Source: Thermofilum pendens Hrk 5 (lineage in GTDB: Archaea; Thermoproteota; Thermoprotei; Thermofilales; Thermofilaceae). From it: a stretch of DNA of 32,000 nt. The position numbers and the translations under genes were made by a program. Positions 24,547 through 32,000 of this stretch are shown here, in pieces (position 1 is the stretch's first letter; every line of letters starts with the position of its first letter). The DNA lies in NCBI RefSeq assembly GCF_000015225.1, contig NC_008698.1:1500001-1532000 (forward strand). Reading direction: 5' to 3'. The notes under the pieces were generated by a model that was not told the origin of the DNA, did not search any database, and saw only the letters and a program-made list of their open reading frames with translations.

Positions 24547-27062
24547 CCCTCGTAAGCCTCAAGGCGCAGAACTTCAGGAGGCTTAACTTCCAGGAGCCGC
24601 TAGTGTTCCCGAAGGGCTTCGTCGTTATCAGGGGCAGGAACGAGGCCGGCAAGTCGACGATACTCGAAGCCGTACTCTTCGGGCTTTTCGGCGACTACAG
24701 GATAATCCAGGAGCTACGCGGAGCGCGGGAGGCCGGGCTGGACTCCGTGGTGAACCATAGGTCTGGTAGGGCGAGGGTGGAGGTCGTATTCGAGGTCGAG
24801 GGTAGGAGGTACAGAGTCGAGAGAGTAGTCGAGAGGGGGAGGGAGGGCGGGAGGCAGGTCGAGGCAAGGCTCGTAGAGATAACTCAGGGCGGAGAAAGGC
24901 TGATCGCGACCTCTCCGTCTAGGGTTAACGAGGAGGTCTCCAAGCTTGTACGCGTGAATTGGCGCGAAATGCTGGCTACGAACGTCATAGCGCAGAAGGA
25001 CCTCGAGCACTTGTTGCGAATGGGGAAGAACGAGAGGGAGAAGGTCATAAACATGATGATGGGCTTCGAGAGCTACAACAAGGCGATAGAGAAGCTAGAG
25101 GAGGAGCGTAGAGCCATGCAACAAGAGCTCGAGAAAAAGGTGCTGGAGAAAAGCTCCCTCGAAGATAAACTGAGAAACCTGGAGGAGCTCAAAGTCAAAG
25201 TCGAGGAGTACAGAAGGGAGCTGGAGGAAGTTGAGAAGGAGCTACCCGCCCTGAGGAGCGAGGAGGAGAGGTCCAGGAAGGTCCGGGAGTACCTCGACGG
25301 CTTGCTCAGAGTCCTGAGGGAGAGGGAGAAGACATCGAGGAGCATCGAGGAGGTGGAGAGGAGAATCCGGGAGCTGGAAGAGGAGAGGAGGAGCCTTGAG
25401 GAGAAGGCGGTGAAGCTTAAAGGAGAGCTAGAGGCCCAGAGGAGGCGCCTGGGCGAGCTGGAGGAGAGGGGAAGGGCCGTGCGGGAGGCCTTCAGGAAAG
25501 CCGAGGAGGAGAGGAGGAGGGCCATAGAGTTCTCCGGAAAAGCCCTCGAGCTGCTCGACAAGTACCAGTCACTCCTCGACGAGAAGAGGAGGACCCTGGA
25601 GAGAATAGCAGAGCTCGACAAGAGGCTCGAAGAGCGGCCCAAGCTCCTCGGCGAGTCTGCCAGGCTAGCGGAGGAAGCTAGGTCCGTGGAGTCCAGGATA
25701 GCAGGGGAAAGCCTCCCGGCTTGGAGCAAGGTGGCGTCCGCCGCCCTCCTTGTGGCTTCGGCAGTCCTCCTCCTCGTCAACCCGGCTCTCCTGGCTCTAA
25801 GCATTGCGGGCGCACTCCTAGCAGTACTCTCGCTGGCCGCCGGAGCCTACAGGAAAAGCGTGACGGTCTCGCGGCTTAGGCTGGAGAGGGAGAGGCTCGA
25901 GCGGGAAAGGGCCCTCGTGGAGGAGAGGCTCAAGTCTCTCGAAAGGGACGTGGCGGACAGGGAGAGCCTCTCCAAGAGGCTAGAGGAGATCGACGCCAGG
26001 CTACTTCGAGCAGAGGAGGAGCTCAAAGGGGTTCTCGGGGAGGAGTTCTCAAAGCTACCTCTCCAGGAAGTGAGGGAAAGGGTTTCGAGGGAGAGAGCCC
26101 GCCGGGAGGAGGAATACGAGAGGGCGAGGGCGGAGAAGGAGGCCCTGGAAAAGGAAGCTGCCTCCGTGGGGGAGAGGGTTTCCCAGTTGGAAAAACAGCT
26201 GGAGGAAGTCGAGAGGAGCGTCGAGGAGAGGGTTGAGAGGCTGGGCGAGCTTGCGAAGAGGAGGGAGGAGCTACTGGACGCTTTATCCAGGCTAGTGGTC
26301 CCGGAGCCGCCGTTCGAGATAGAGGGGCTCGTGTGGCCCGTGGACGAGAGAGACATCGAGGGCGTAGAGGTTGTGTACAACACCTACGATAGGCTTTACC
26401 AGCAGGTTTCCAGGAGGCTGGCCGAAGCCGAGGAGAGGAGGAGGGTTCTAACGGGCGAGCTGAGAGACGCGGAGAAGAAGCTGGAGGAGCTACCCGCGGT
26501 AAGGGATAGGCTGGCGAAGCTGGAGTCCGAGGTTAGGGAGCTCGAGGTAGAGGTTAACGCGAGGAGGGAGGCCGTAAAGCTCCTCAGGGAAGTCTCCGCG
26601 AAGAGGCGCGCCGCCTTCGCCCCCAGCGTCGAGCAGAACATGAACTGGATCGTGTCGTACGTGACCAACGGGAGGTACAAGGCCGTGAAGATCGACCCTG
26701 AGAGGTATGACGTGTCCGTGTACGACGCGGAGGCTGGGAGGTGGATGCAGAGGGATATCTACAGCGGGGGAACCAACGACCAGTTCCTCTTGGCGATGAG
26801 AATTGCCTTCACGCTCTCGCTACTACCCAGCGCTAAGGGCACGTACCCCAGGTTCCTCTTCCTCGACGAGCCGCTGGGCTCCTCGGACGCGGAGAGGAGG
26901 GGCAGGATCGTGGAGCTACTTGCACGGGAGCTCACGAGGTTCTTCGACCAGGTCTTCCTCATAACGCACGTAGACATAGAGGAGCCGCCCGGCGCCACGG
27001 TGGTGGAGATAGAGGACGGAAAGCCCGCGCGGATATACACGCCTGGAGCAGAGGAAGGATAG
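24540..27062 (+). CDS. rad50: Rad50-like SMC-family ATPase, hook-less, with a central hydrophobic hairpin
   Basis: Walker A is GRNEAGKST and the Q-loop region is NVIAQKDLE. The protein has very long E/R/L-rich coiled coils. The C-terminal head carries the signature YSGGTNDQFLLAMRIAF, Walker B/D-loop FLFLDEPLGSSD and H-loop LITHVD. The ATG overlaps the mre11 stop (ATGGTGA). Confidence 0.85.
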   Translation: MVTLVSLKAQNFRRLNFQEPLVFPKGFVVIRGRNEAGKSTILEAVLFGLFGDYRIIQELRGAREAGLDSVVNHRSGRARVEVVFEVEGRRYRVERVVERGREGGRQVEARLVEITQGGERLIATSPSRVNEEVSKLVRVNWREMLATNVIAQKDLEHLLRMGKNEREKVINMMMGFESYNKAIEKLEEERRAMQQELEKKVLEKSSLEDKLRNLEELKVKVEEYRRELEEVEKELPALRSEEERSRKVREYLDGLLRVLREREKTSRSIEEVERRIRELEEERRSLEEKAVKLKGELEAQRRRLGELEERGRAVREAFRKAEEERRRAIEFSGKALELLDKYQSLLDEKRRTLERIAELDKRLEERPKLLGESARLAEEARSVESRIAGESLPAWSKVASAALLVASAVLLLVNPALLALSIAGALLAVLSLAAGAYRKSVTVSRLRLERERLERERALVEERLKSLERDVADRESLSKRLEEIDARLLRAEEELKGVLGEEFSKLPLQEVRERVSRERARREEEYERARAEKEALEKEAASVGERVSQLEKQLEEVERSVEERVERLGELAKRREELLDALSRLVVPEPPFEIEGLVWPVDERDIEGVEVVYNTYDRLYQQVSRRLAEAEERRRVLTGELRDAEKKLEELPAVRDRLAKLESEVRELEVEVNARREAVKLLREVSAKRRAAFAPSVEQNMNWIVSYVTNGRYKAVKIDPERYDVSVYDAEAGRWMQRDIYSGGTNDQFLLAMRIAFTLSLLPSAKGTYPRFLFLDEPLGSSDAERRGRIVELLARELTRFFDQVFLITHVDIEEPPGATVVEIEDGKPARIYTPGAEEG
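25731..25847 (+). other. Predicted transmembrane or hydrophobic helical hairpin at the Rad50 coiled-coil apex (aa 398-436)
   Basis: Direct translation gives W-SK-VASAALLVASAVLLLV-NP-ALLALSIAGALLAVLSLAAGA-YRK. These are two uncharged hydrophobic helices of 16-21 residues joined by an Asn-Pro turn and flanked by aromatic and basic residues. The turn at residues 414-415 lies close to the midpoint (residue 420) of the 840 aa protein. Confidence 0.7.
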
Positions 27063-27071
27063 CCGGCGTGC

Positions 27072-27079
27072 TTATAAAG
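27072..27079 (+). promoter_or_regulatory. TATA box (TTATAAAG) of the 2-hydroxyacid dehydrogenase gene
   Basis: Its centre lies about 25 nt upstream of GTG 27100, predicting a leaderless transcript. Confidence 0.55.
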
Positions 27080-27099
27080 CCGGGGGGCTTTCTTTAAGT

Positions 27100-28062
27100 G
27101 TGTACACGGTCTACGTGGCGCTCGACCTAAAGGAGTGGGAGAGGAGGATCGTAGAGGAGACTTTGTCACGCGAGGCCCGCATTGTGTACAAGAGCGGGAA
27201 GGGCTTCGCAGGCATAGAGGAGGCAGACGTGGCGATAGCCTTCATCCTTCCACGGGACGCCGCCCAGGCGGCCGGGAGGCTCAAGTTCGTCCAGGTTCCC
27301 GCCGCGGGTGCCGACAACCTGGACCTCGAGTACCTCTTCGAGAGAGGAGTCAAGGTGGCGACCTCGAAGGGCTGTAACGCGAGGGCCGTCGCGGAGCACG
27401 CCTTCGCGCTCATACTGGCGCTCGCGAAGAGGGTCGTGGAGCAGGACGGGGAGGTTAAGCGTGGCTTGTGGCGTAGCTTTACGGAGGAGAACTTCCTCGC
27501 CGACCTGGACGGGTCCACGGTGACCATAGTGGGATACGGGAACATAGGGAGGGAGGTGGCCAGGATCGCGAAGGCTTTCAACATGCGCGTGCTCGCCGTG
27601 AAGAAGAATCCCGAGAAGGACTCCCTCGCGGACGAGGTATACCCCGTGGAGAGGCTCGCAGAGGCTCTGTCCCAAGCTGACTTCGTAGTTCTAGCGTTGC
27701 CCCTAACCAGGGAGACTTACCGCCTGATAGGAGAAAAGGAGCTGAAGTCCATGAAGAAGACCGCCTACCTCGTCAACGTGGGGCGCGGCGCCGTGGTAGA
27801 CGAGGAGGCTCTCTACAGGGCTTTAAGCGAGGGTTGGATCGCCGGCGCGGGGATAGACGTGTGGTGGAGGTACCCTCCGGACAAGGACTACCCGTCCCCC
27901 CTCGGCGTCCACAAGTTGCCGAACGTCGTCGCGACTCCACACAAAGCCGGCTGGACCAGGAAGGCTAGGGAGAACTGCCTCAGGTTTGCCTGCGAGAACG
28001 TCCTGAGGTTCGTCCGGGGCGAGGAGCCGCTCAACCTCCTAGAGCCCTCCAAGGCTTACTAA
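27100..28062 (+). CDS. D-isomer-specific 2-hydroxyacid dehydrogenase (glyoxylate/hydroxypyruvate reductase or PGDH-like)
   Basis: NAD-binding motif GYGNIGREVARIA. Catalytic blocks are LVNVGRGAVVDE and the His in TPHKAG. Leaderless GTG 21-28 nt after TTATAAAG. Confidence 0.88.
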   Translation: MYTVYVALDLKEWERRIVEETLSREARIVYKSGKGFAGIEEADVAIAFILPRDAAQAAGRLKFVQVPAAGADNLDLEYLFERGVKVATSKGCNARAVAEHAFALILALAKRVVEQDGEVKRGLWRSFTEENFLADLDGSTVTIVGYGNIGREVARIAKAFNMRVLAVKKNPEKDSLADEVYPVERLAEALSQADFVVLALPLTRETYRLIGEKELKSMKKTAYLVNVGRGAVVDEEALYRALSEGWIAGAGIDVWWRYPPDKDYPSPLGVHKLPNVVATPHKAGWTRKARENCLRFACENVLRFVRGEEPLNLLEPSKAY

Positions 28063-28125
28063 TCAACTTTTCCCCGTAAAGCTTTATTAGAGCCCTCACC
28101 AGACCATTTAAACGCATTACTGGGA

Positions 28126-28151
28126 GGCATTCGTTTTTCGTAAAAAATGCC
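28126..28151 (+). terminator. Hairpin with embedded T5 run downstream of the dehydrogenase gene
   Basis: GGCATT-cgtttttcgtaaaa-AATGCC forms a 6-bp stem, and the loop contains TTTTT. It lies 64 nt after the stop codon. Confidence 0.3.
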
Positions 28152-28233
28152 GCACAAGCGCGGCGGCCCGGGCGGGCGCTCCAGCTGTCCGAAGGATGCT
28201 TGCGTACGCTTTTCAGCAATGCACAGGATACGC

Positions 28234-28242
28234 TTATATATA
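28234..28242 (+). promoter_or_regulatory. TATA box (TTATATATA) of the liv operon
   Basis: It lies about 47 nt upstream of ATG 28285. A GGGGGGT Shine-Dalgarno-like element at 28274-28280 sits 4 nt before the ATG. Confidence 0.55.
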
Positions 28243-28284
28243 GGGTAATTTCACAGCACACTAACCCCAGAGAGGGGGGTAGAC

Positions 28285-29568
28285 ATGAGTGCAACGCAAT
28301 CTCAGCAAAAGGGAAAATTCGCCTTTGACGTAAAGCTCGTAGCAGTCGCGATAATCGCCCTCATAGTCGGAGTAGCCATAGGCGCGGCGATCTTCGGAGG
28401 AGCGGCGGGGCAGGCCCCCGGCGCGGCGCAACAGGCTCCCAAGAAAGTCTACACTATAGGCTTCACGCTCCCGCTGACCGGCGAGCTCTCGTCCATCGGG
28501 AAAATTTGGGAAAAAGTGGTCTACCTGGCAATAGACGACCTGAACAAGGAGGCGCAGGCTTACGGGTTTAACGTAGAGTTCAAGGCCGTGATACTCGACG
28601 ACGGGACTACGCCCGAGAAGGCCCTCCAAAACGTCCAGACGCTCGCACAGCAAGGAATAAAGGTCATAATAGGACCCGCCGCAAGCTCGCAGGTTAAGGC
28701 CGTGAAAGGATTCGTCGATAGCAACCAGATAGTCTTAATCTCGCCGTCCTCCACTGCTCCCACGCTCGCAATACCCGGCGACTTCATCTTCAGAACCGTC
28801 GGGTCCGACGCCGGGCAGGCAAGAGTGCTCGCAACGCTCGCCTATCAGGAGGGCGCCAGGAAGGTCATAGTGTTCCACAGGAACGACGAGTACGGTAACG
28901 CGTTCGCGGACTTCTTCAAGAAGTACTTCTCCGAGCTTGGCGGAAGCTCCATTGACGTTCCCTACCAGACCGGCCTCTCCGACTACGCCGCAGAGGTCGC
29001 CAGCCTCGCCAGTAAGGTGCAGTCCGAGAAAGTAGACGCCGTCGTGCTGATATCGTTCGACACGGACGGCGGCAACATACTGTCGCACGCCGCCGAGTCG
29101 CCAGTCCTCTCCAGCGTGAGGTGGTTCGTCTCCGAGGGTCCCCACGGAGCCGCAGAGCTCAAAGCCCCGGCTGTCGGGGCTTTCGCCGCTAAGACGAAGT
29201 TGCTGGGGACACGCCCACTCTTCATAGGCAACCCGCTCTACGAGGACTTCAAGAAGAGACTTAAGGAGAAGTACGGGGTGGACGCCTCCGTGTTCTGCGA
29301 TACGCTCTACGATGCAGTTATGCTCGCGGGCTGGGCTATGCTGAGGGCTGGTAGTAGCGATGGCAACGCTATACGGAGCGCGCTGATCGAAGTCGCGAAG
29401 CACTACTACGGAGTGAGCGGCTGGGCAATATTCGACGAGGCGGGCGACAAAGCGTACCAGGACTACGGAGTATGGGCGATAGTCAAGACCGACGGGGGCT
29501 ACGACTTCAAAGACGTAGGGGTATACGAGAGAGGCTCCATAGTGTTTACGGCTAAACCGTACCCGTAA
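28285..29568 (+). CDS. Branched-chain amino acid ABC transporter substrate-binding protein (LivJ/K-like, type I PBP)
   Basis: N-terminal TM anchor. The pattern YTIGFTLPLTGELSSIGK...AIDDLN...GPAASSQ is typical of the Leu/Ile/Val-binding family. Followed by livH, livM and livG homologues. Confidence 0.85.
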   Translation: MSATQSQQKGKFAFDVKLVAVAIIALIVGVAIGAAIFGGAAGQAPGAAQQAPKKVYTIGFTLPLTGELSSIGKIWEKVVYLAIDDLNKEAQAYGFNVEFKAVILDDGTTPEKALQNVQTLAQQGIKVIIGPAASSQVKAVKGFVDSNQIVLISPSSTAPTLAIPGDFIFRTVGSDAGQARVLATLAYQEGARKVIVFHRNDEYGNAFADFFKKYFSELGGSSIDVPYQTGLSDYAAEVASLASKVQSEKVDAVVLISFDTDGGNILSHAAESPVLSSVRWFVSEGPHGAAELKAPAVGAFAAKTKLLGTRPLFIGNPLYEDFKKRLKEKYGVDASVFCDTLYDAVMLAGWAMLRAGSSDGNAIRSALIEVAKHYYGVSGWAIFDEAGDKAYQDYGVWAIVKTDGGYDFKDVGVYERGSIVFTAKPYP

Positions 29569-29586
29569 AGAAGGTGTAACTACAGC

Positions 29587-30546
29587 ATGCTACCCGGGTA
29601 TCCCTACTCAATACTAAATTTTTTCCAATACACTTTTTTCTACATCCTGTTCTCCATACCGCTAACCCTTAGCTACCGAAACACCAAGGTGATCAACTTC
29701 GCACACGCGAACTTCATATCCTATGGCATCTACACCGCCGTCTTCCTGAACGGCCTCCTCGGCAACACGAGCCTAGCCCTCGCGTGTCTCGCTGCCTTCG
29801 CGGTGGGCGGGTCCATAGCGCTCGTAAACCACCTCCTGGTGTTCAGGCCCCTCGAGAAGAGGGGCGCCTCCATGAGCCTGATAATGATAGCGTCCATGGG
29901 GCTCTGGATAATGTACAACTACGCACTATACATGCTTGCGGACATAGCCCACTACTACACACTGAAGAACTTCATATCCTACGGCAGGATAGTATACGCC
30001 GACGTGCCCGAGGTAGAGTTGCTGGGCCTCAGGCTACAGCAATCCTTCGTAGCCGGAGGGCTCGCCGCGCTAGTGCTCGTAGCCTCGCTGTACCTTTTCC
30101 TCGAAAAGACCACCCTAGGAAAGGCGATGCGCGCCGTCGCCGACAACCCCGTGCTCGCCGAGATATCCGGGATCCCGAGGAACACTATAGTCAACCTAAC
30201 CTGGCTTATCGCGGGGGGCGCCGCGGCCGTGGGGGGCGCCATATGGACGAGCTTCTCGGGGACCGTGACGCCGACATCCGCCGACGCCATGATCCTACAG
30301 GTATTCACTGTGTCGTTCATAGGGGGGCTCGTCTCGTTGCTCAGGACTGGACTCGGCGCCGTGGCTATAGCTTTCATCGAGAACGTCGGGATAGCGGCGC
30401 TAAACACTTACTTCGGCGTGCCTATAAGCTTCAGACCATTCCTGACATTCGTGACCCTGCTCACGATCCTCATAGCCTTCCCGCCTTTAGGCGCCGCGGG
30501 CGGGCTACCGTTCAGGTTTAGGTCTAGAAAGGTGAGGGCGGAATGA
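29587..30546 (+). CDS. livH: Branched-chain amino acid ABC transporter permease (LivH-like)
   Basis: Multi-pass membrane protein with LivH-type blocks (INFAHANF, GKAMRAVADNPVLAEISGI). Confidence 0.85.
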   Translation: MLPGYPYSILNFFQYTFFYILFSIPLTLSYRNTKVINFAHANFISYGIYTAVFLNGLLGNTSLALACLAAFAVGGSIALVNHLLVFRPLEKRGASMSLIMIASMGLWIMYNYALYMLADIAHYYTLKNFISYGRIVYADVPEVELLGLRLQQSFVAGGLAALVLVASLYLFLEKTTLGKAMRAVADNPVLAEISGIPRNTIVNLTWLIAGGAAAVGGAIWTSFSGTVTPTSADAMILQVFTVSFIGGLVSLLRTGLGAVAIAFIENVGIAALNTYFGVPISFRPFLTFVTLLTILIAFPPLGAAGGLPFRFRSRKVRAE

Positions 30547-31577
30547 TAGACGTGGTGGGGTTCCTAATTAGCTGGCTGACCCTGCTCGGGATCTACGCTA
30601 TACTCGCGTTAACGCTGAACTTCGAGTCGGGTACGAGCGGGGTGACGAACTTCGGGAAGGTCTTCTTCTACGGGCTCGGCGCGTACGTAGGGGCAACGCT
30701 CACCGTTTACCTCTTCCTACTGCTGAACGGGGTCGATGTGTCGAAGACCCCGCCCTACGACGTCAGCGGCATAGTGTTGCTCGGGGAGCTCGCAGGGAAG
30801 AACCCAGCCCTGAACCTGGGGCTCCTAGCACTCTCGCTCGCCACAGCCTTCCTAGTTGCAGGCGTGATCGGCTACCTGCTGAGCTACCCGATCATCAGGG
30901 TCGGCCCGGCATTCGTGGGCTTCACGCTTCTAAGCACGGGCGAGCTTTTCCGCATATTCCTCCAGCACTATGAGCCCGTCGGGGGTAGCAGGGGGCTCAT
31001 GTCCATACCCGGGCCGTTCTCCTGGGTGCCCCAGCCGAGGCTCAGGGAGGTGCTCTTCCTAGCACTCGTGCTCGCAGTACTCGCGGCTACGTACCTCGTG
31101 ATGGACAGGTTGACGAACTCGCCCCTCGGCAGGACTCTGAGGGCAGTCAGGGACGACGAAGTAGCGGCGCTCTGCATGGGTAAGCACGTGCCGAAGCTTA
31201 AGGCGACGGTCCTCTTCATAGGCTCCGGTTTCAGCGGGGTTGCCGGCGTGCTCCTCGCCTACTACCTAACCTCCGTGAACCCAGACATGTTCGTCCCCGC
31301 AGTTACGTTCAACGTCTGGGCGATGATAATCCTGGGCGGTATGGGCAACCTCAGGGGGGCGCTACTCGGCGCGTCCATATTCACGTTCATCGATAGGGCT
31401 CTCTCCTTCGTAACACCGCAGCTAGGCGTCACGGTGATATCTCCCGACTACGTGAGGGGGTTCGCGGTGGGGCTCGTGATGGTCCTCGTACTGCTCTACA
31501 GGCCGCAGGGGCTACTACCCGAGGGGAGGGTCGAAACTGTGGCTTGGGAGGAGCTCGGGGGTGGTGCTAGTGGCTAA
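30543..31577 (+). CDS. livM: Branched-chain amino acid ABC transporter permease (LivM-like)
   Basis: LivM-type blocks (GRTLRAVRDDEVAALCMG, MIILGGMGNLRGALLGA). The start overlaps the livH stop in an ATGA junction. Confidence 0.85.
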   Translation: MIDVVGFLISWLTLLGIYAILALTLNFESGTSGVTNFGKVFFYGLGAYVGATLTVYLFLLLNGVDVSKTPPYDVSGIVLLGELAGKNPALNLGLLALSLATAFLVAGVIGYLLSYPIIRVGPAFVGFTLLSTGELFRIFLQHYEPVGGSRGLMSIPGPFSWVPQPRLREVLFLALVLAVLAATYLVMDRLTNSPLGRTLRAVRDDEVAALCMGKHVPKLKATVLFIGSGFSGVAGVLLAYYLTSVNPDMFVPAVTFNVWAMIILGGMGNLRGALLGASIFTFIDRALSFVTPQLGVTVISPDYVRGFAVGLVMVLVLLYRPQGLLPEGRVETVAWEELGGGASG

Positions 31578-32000
31578 CATACTGGAGGTTAAAGGTGTCT
31601 CGAAGAGGTTCGGGGGCGTGGTTGCGTTGCAGGATGTCAGCCTCTCCGTGCCGAGCCAGGGCATCGTGGGGCTCATAGGGCCGAACGGTAGCGGGAAGAC
31701 CACGCTCTTCAACGTGGTAACGGGGTTCTACGTGCCGGACAAGGGGGAGGTCTGGTTCAACGACGGGAACCGGAGCGAGAGGATAGACGGCCTCAACCCC
31801 AACGAGGTCTTCGCCAAGGGTATAGTCAGGACGTTCCAGATACCGAGGCTCTTCAAGTCCCTAACTGTGCTCGAAAACCTGCTCGTAACACCCTTCGCCC
31901 AGAAAGGAGAAAACCCCCTCAAAGCGCTGAAGCCGTCGTCGTGGATCGAGGAGGAGAGAGCTCTCGCGAGGAAGGCAGTATCGCTGCTCAGGAGGTTCGG
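31570..32000 (+). CDS. livG: Branched-chain amino acid ABC transporter ATP-binding protein (LivG-like), 3'-truncated by the window end
   Basis: My own translation from GTG 31570 gives MANILEVKGVSKRFGGVVALQDVSLSV...GLIGPNGSGKTTLFNV...RTFQIPRLF. The frame stays open to position 32000. It is absent from the ORF track because no stop codon falls in the window. It overlaps the livM stop by 8 nt. Confidence 0.85.
   Translation, partial: MANILEVKGVSKRFGGVVALQDVSLSVPSQGIVGLIGPNGSGKTTLFNVVTGFYVPDKGEVWFNDGNRSERIDGLNPNEVFAKGIVRTFQIPRLFKSLTVLENLLVTPFAQKGENPLKALKPSSWIEEERALARKAVSLLRRF

Noticed and set aside
25073-26383. Long minus-strand ORFs (243 aa and 178 aa), extremely Ser/Leu-rich, inside rad50
   Set aside because: They are antisense shadows of the GAG/AGG/CTC-rich coiled-coil coding sequence. 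They are low-complexity with no motifs, and the plus-strand frame carries clear Rad50 motifs.
28031-28294. 87 aa minus-strand ORF covering the whole dehydrogenase-liv intergenic region
   Set aside because: It overlaps the ends of both flanking genes, runs antisense through the liv TATA box, and has no recognisable motif. It is probably a chance ORF, although RNA-seq could revisit this.
1-32000. Search for CRISPR arrays, tRNA/rRNA genes, C/D-box sRNAs, transposases, integrases and long terminal inverted repeats
   Set aside because: None were recognised by eye. All intergenic regions are short (at most 222 nt). No regularly spaced repeats are present and no RUGAUGA/CUGA box pairs occur in intergenic DNA. 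A covariance-model scan would be needed to exclude small ncRNAs formally.

Overview
This GC-rich window looks like chromosomal DNA from a hyperthermophilic archaeon, probably Crenarchaeota/Thermoproteota-like. The evidence is AT-rich TATA-like boxes about 25-30 nt upstream of leaderless or short-leader starts, frequent GTG/TTG starts, overlapping stop/start junctions, archaeal-type ApgM, TrmB regulators and a NurA-HerA-Mre11-Rad50 cluster. I call 27 intact protein-coding genes, one of them cut by the window end, plus one frameshifted transporter gene. By eye I found no rRNA, tRNA, CRISPR array, transposase or integrase.

Gene content, in order:
- TrmB regulator and a GH42-like putative glycosidase
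- Fe(III)/thiamine-type ABC importer, with the ATPase gene divergent
- HEPN-like small protein
- frameshifted MFS-like permease
- FucI-like isomerase-family protein
- ABC-2 exporter pair
- KaiC-like protein and a TrmB-like regulator
- DASS anion symporter and an anchored exported protein
- beta-CASP nuclease overlapping apgM
- RHH/DUF5678-like protein and a retropepsin-like protease
- peroxiredoxin
- nurA-herA-mre11-rad50
- 2-hydroxyacid dehydrogenase
- Liv-type branched-chain amino-acid ABC importer, with livG truncated at the window end

The most interesting observation concerns Rad50. Its ATPase head motifs look canonical, but the protein has no cysteine at all, so it has no CxxC zinc hook. 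At the exact midpoint of the coiled coil it instead carries a 39-residue hydrophobic helix-turn-helix that looks like a transmembrane hairpin. This suggests a membrane-anchored, or hydrophobically dimerised, DNA-end-processing machine.

Secondary candidates are a KaiC-like protein with degenerate Walker A/B motifs coupled to a TrmB regulator, and an overlapping RHH/DUF5678-like plus retropepsin-like protease pair.

All functional calls rest on motif and family recognition by eye. No database search was possible.
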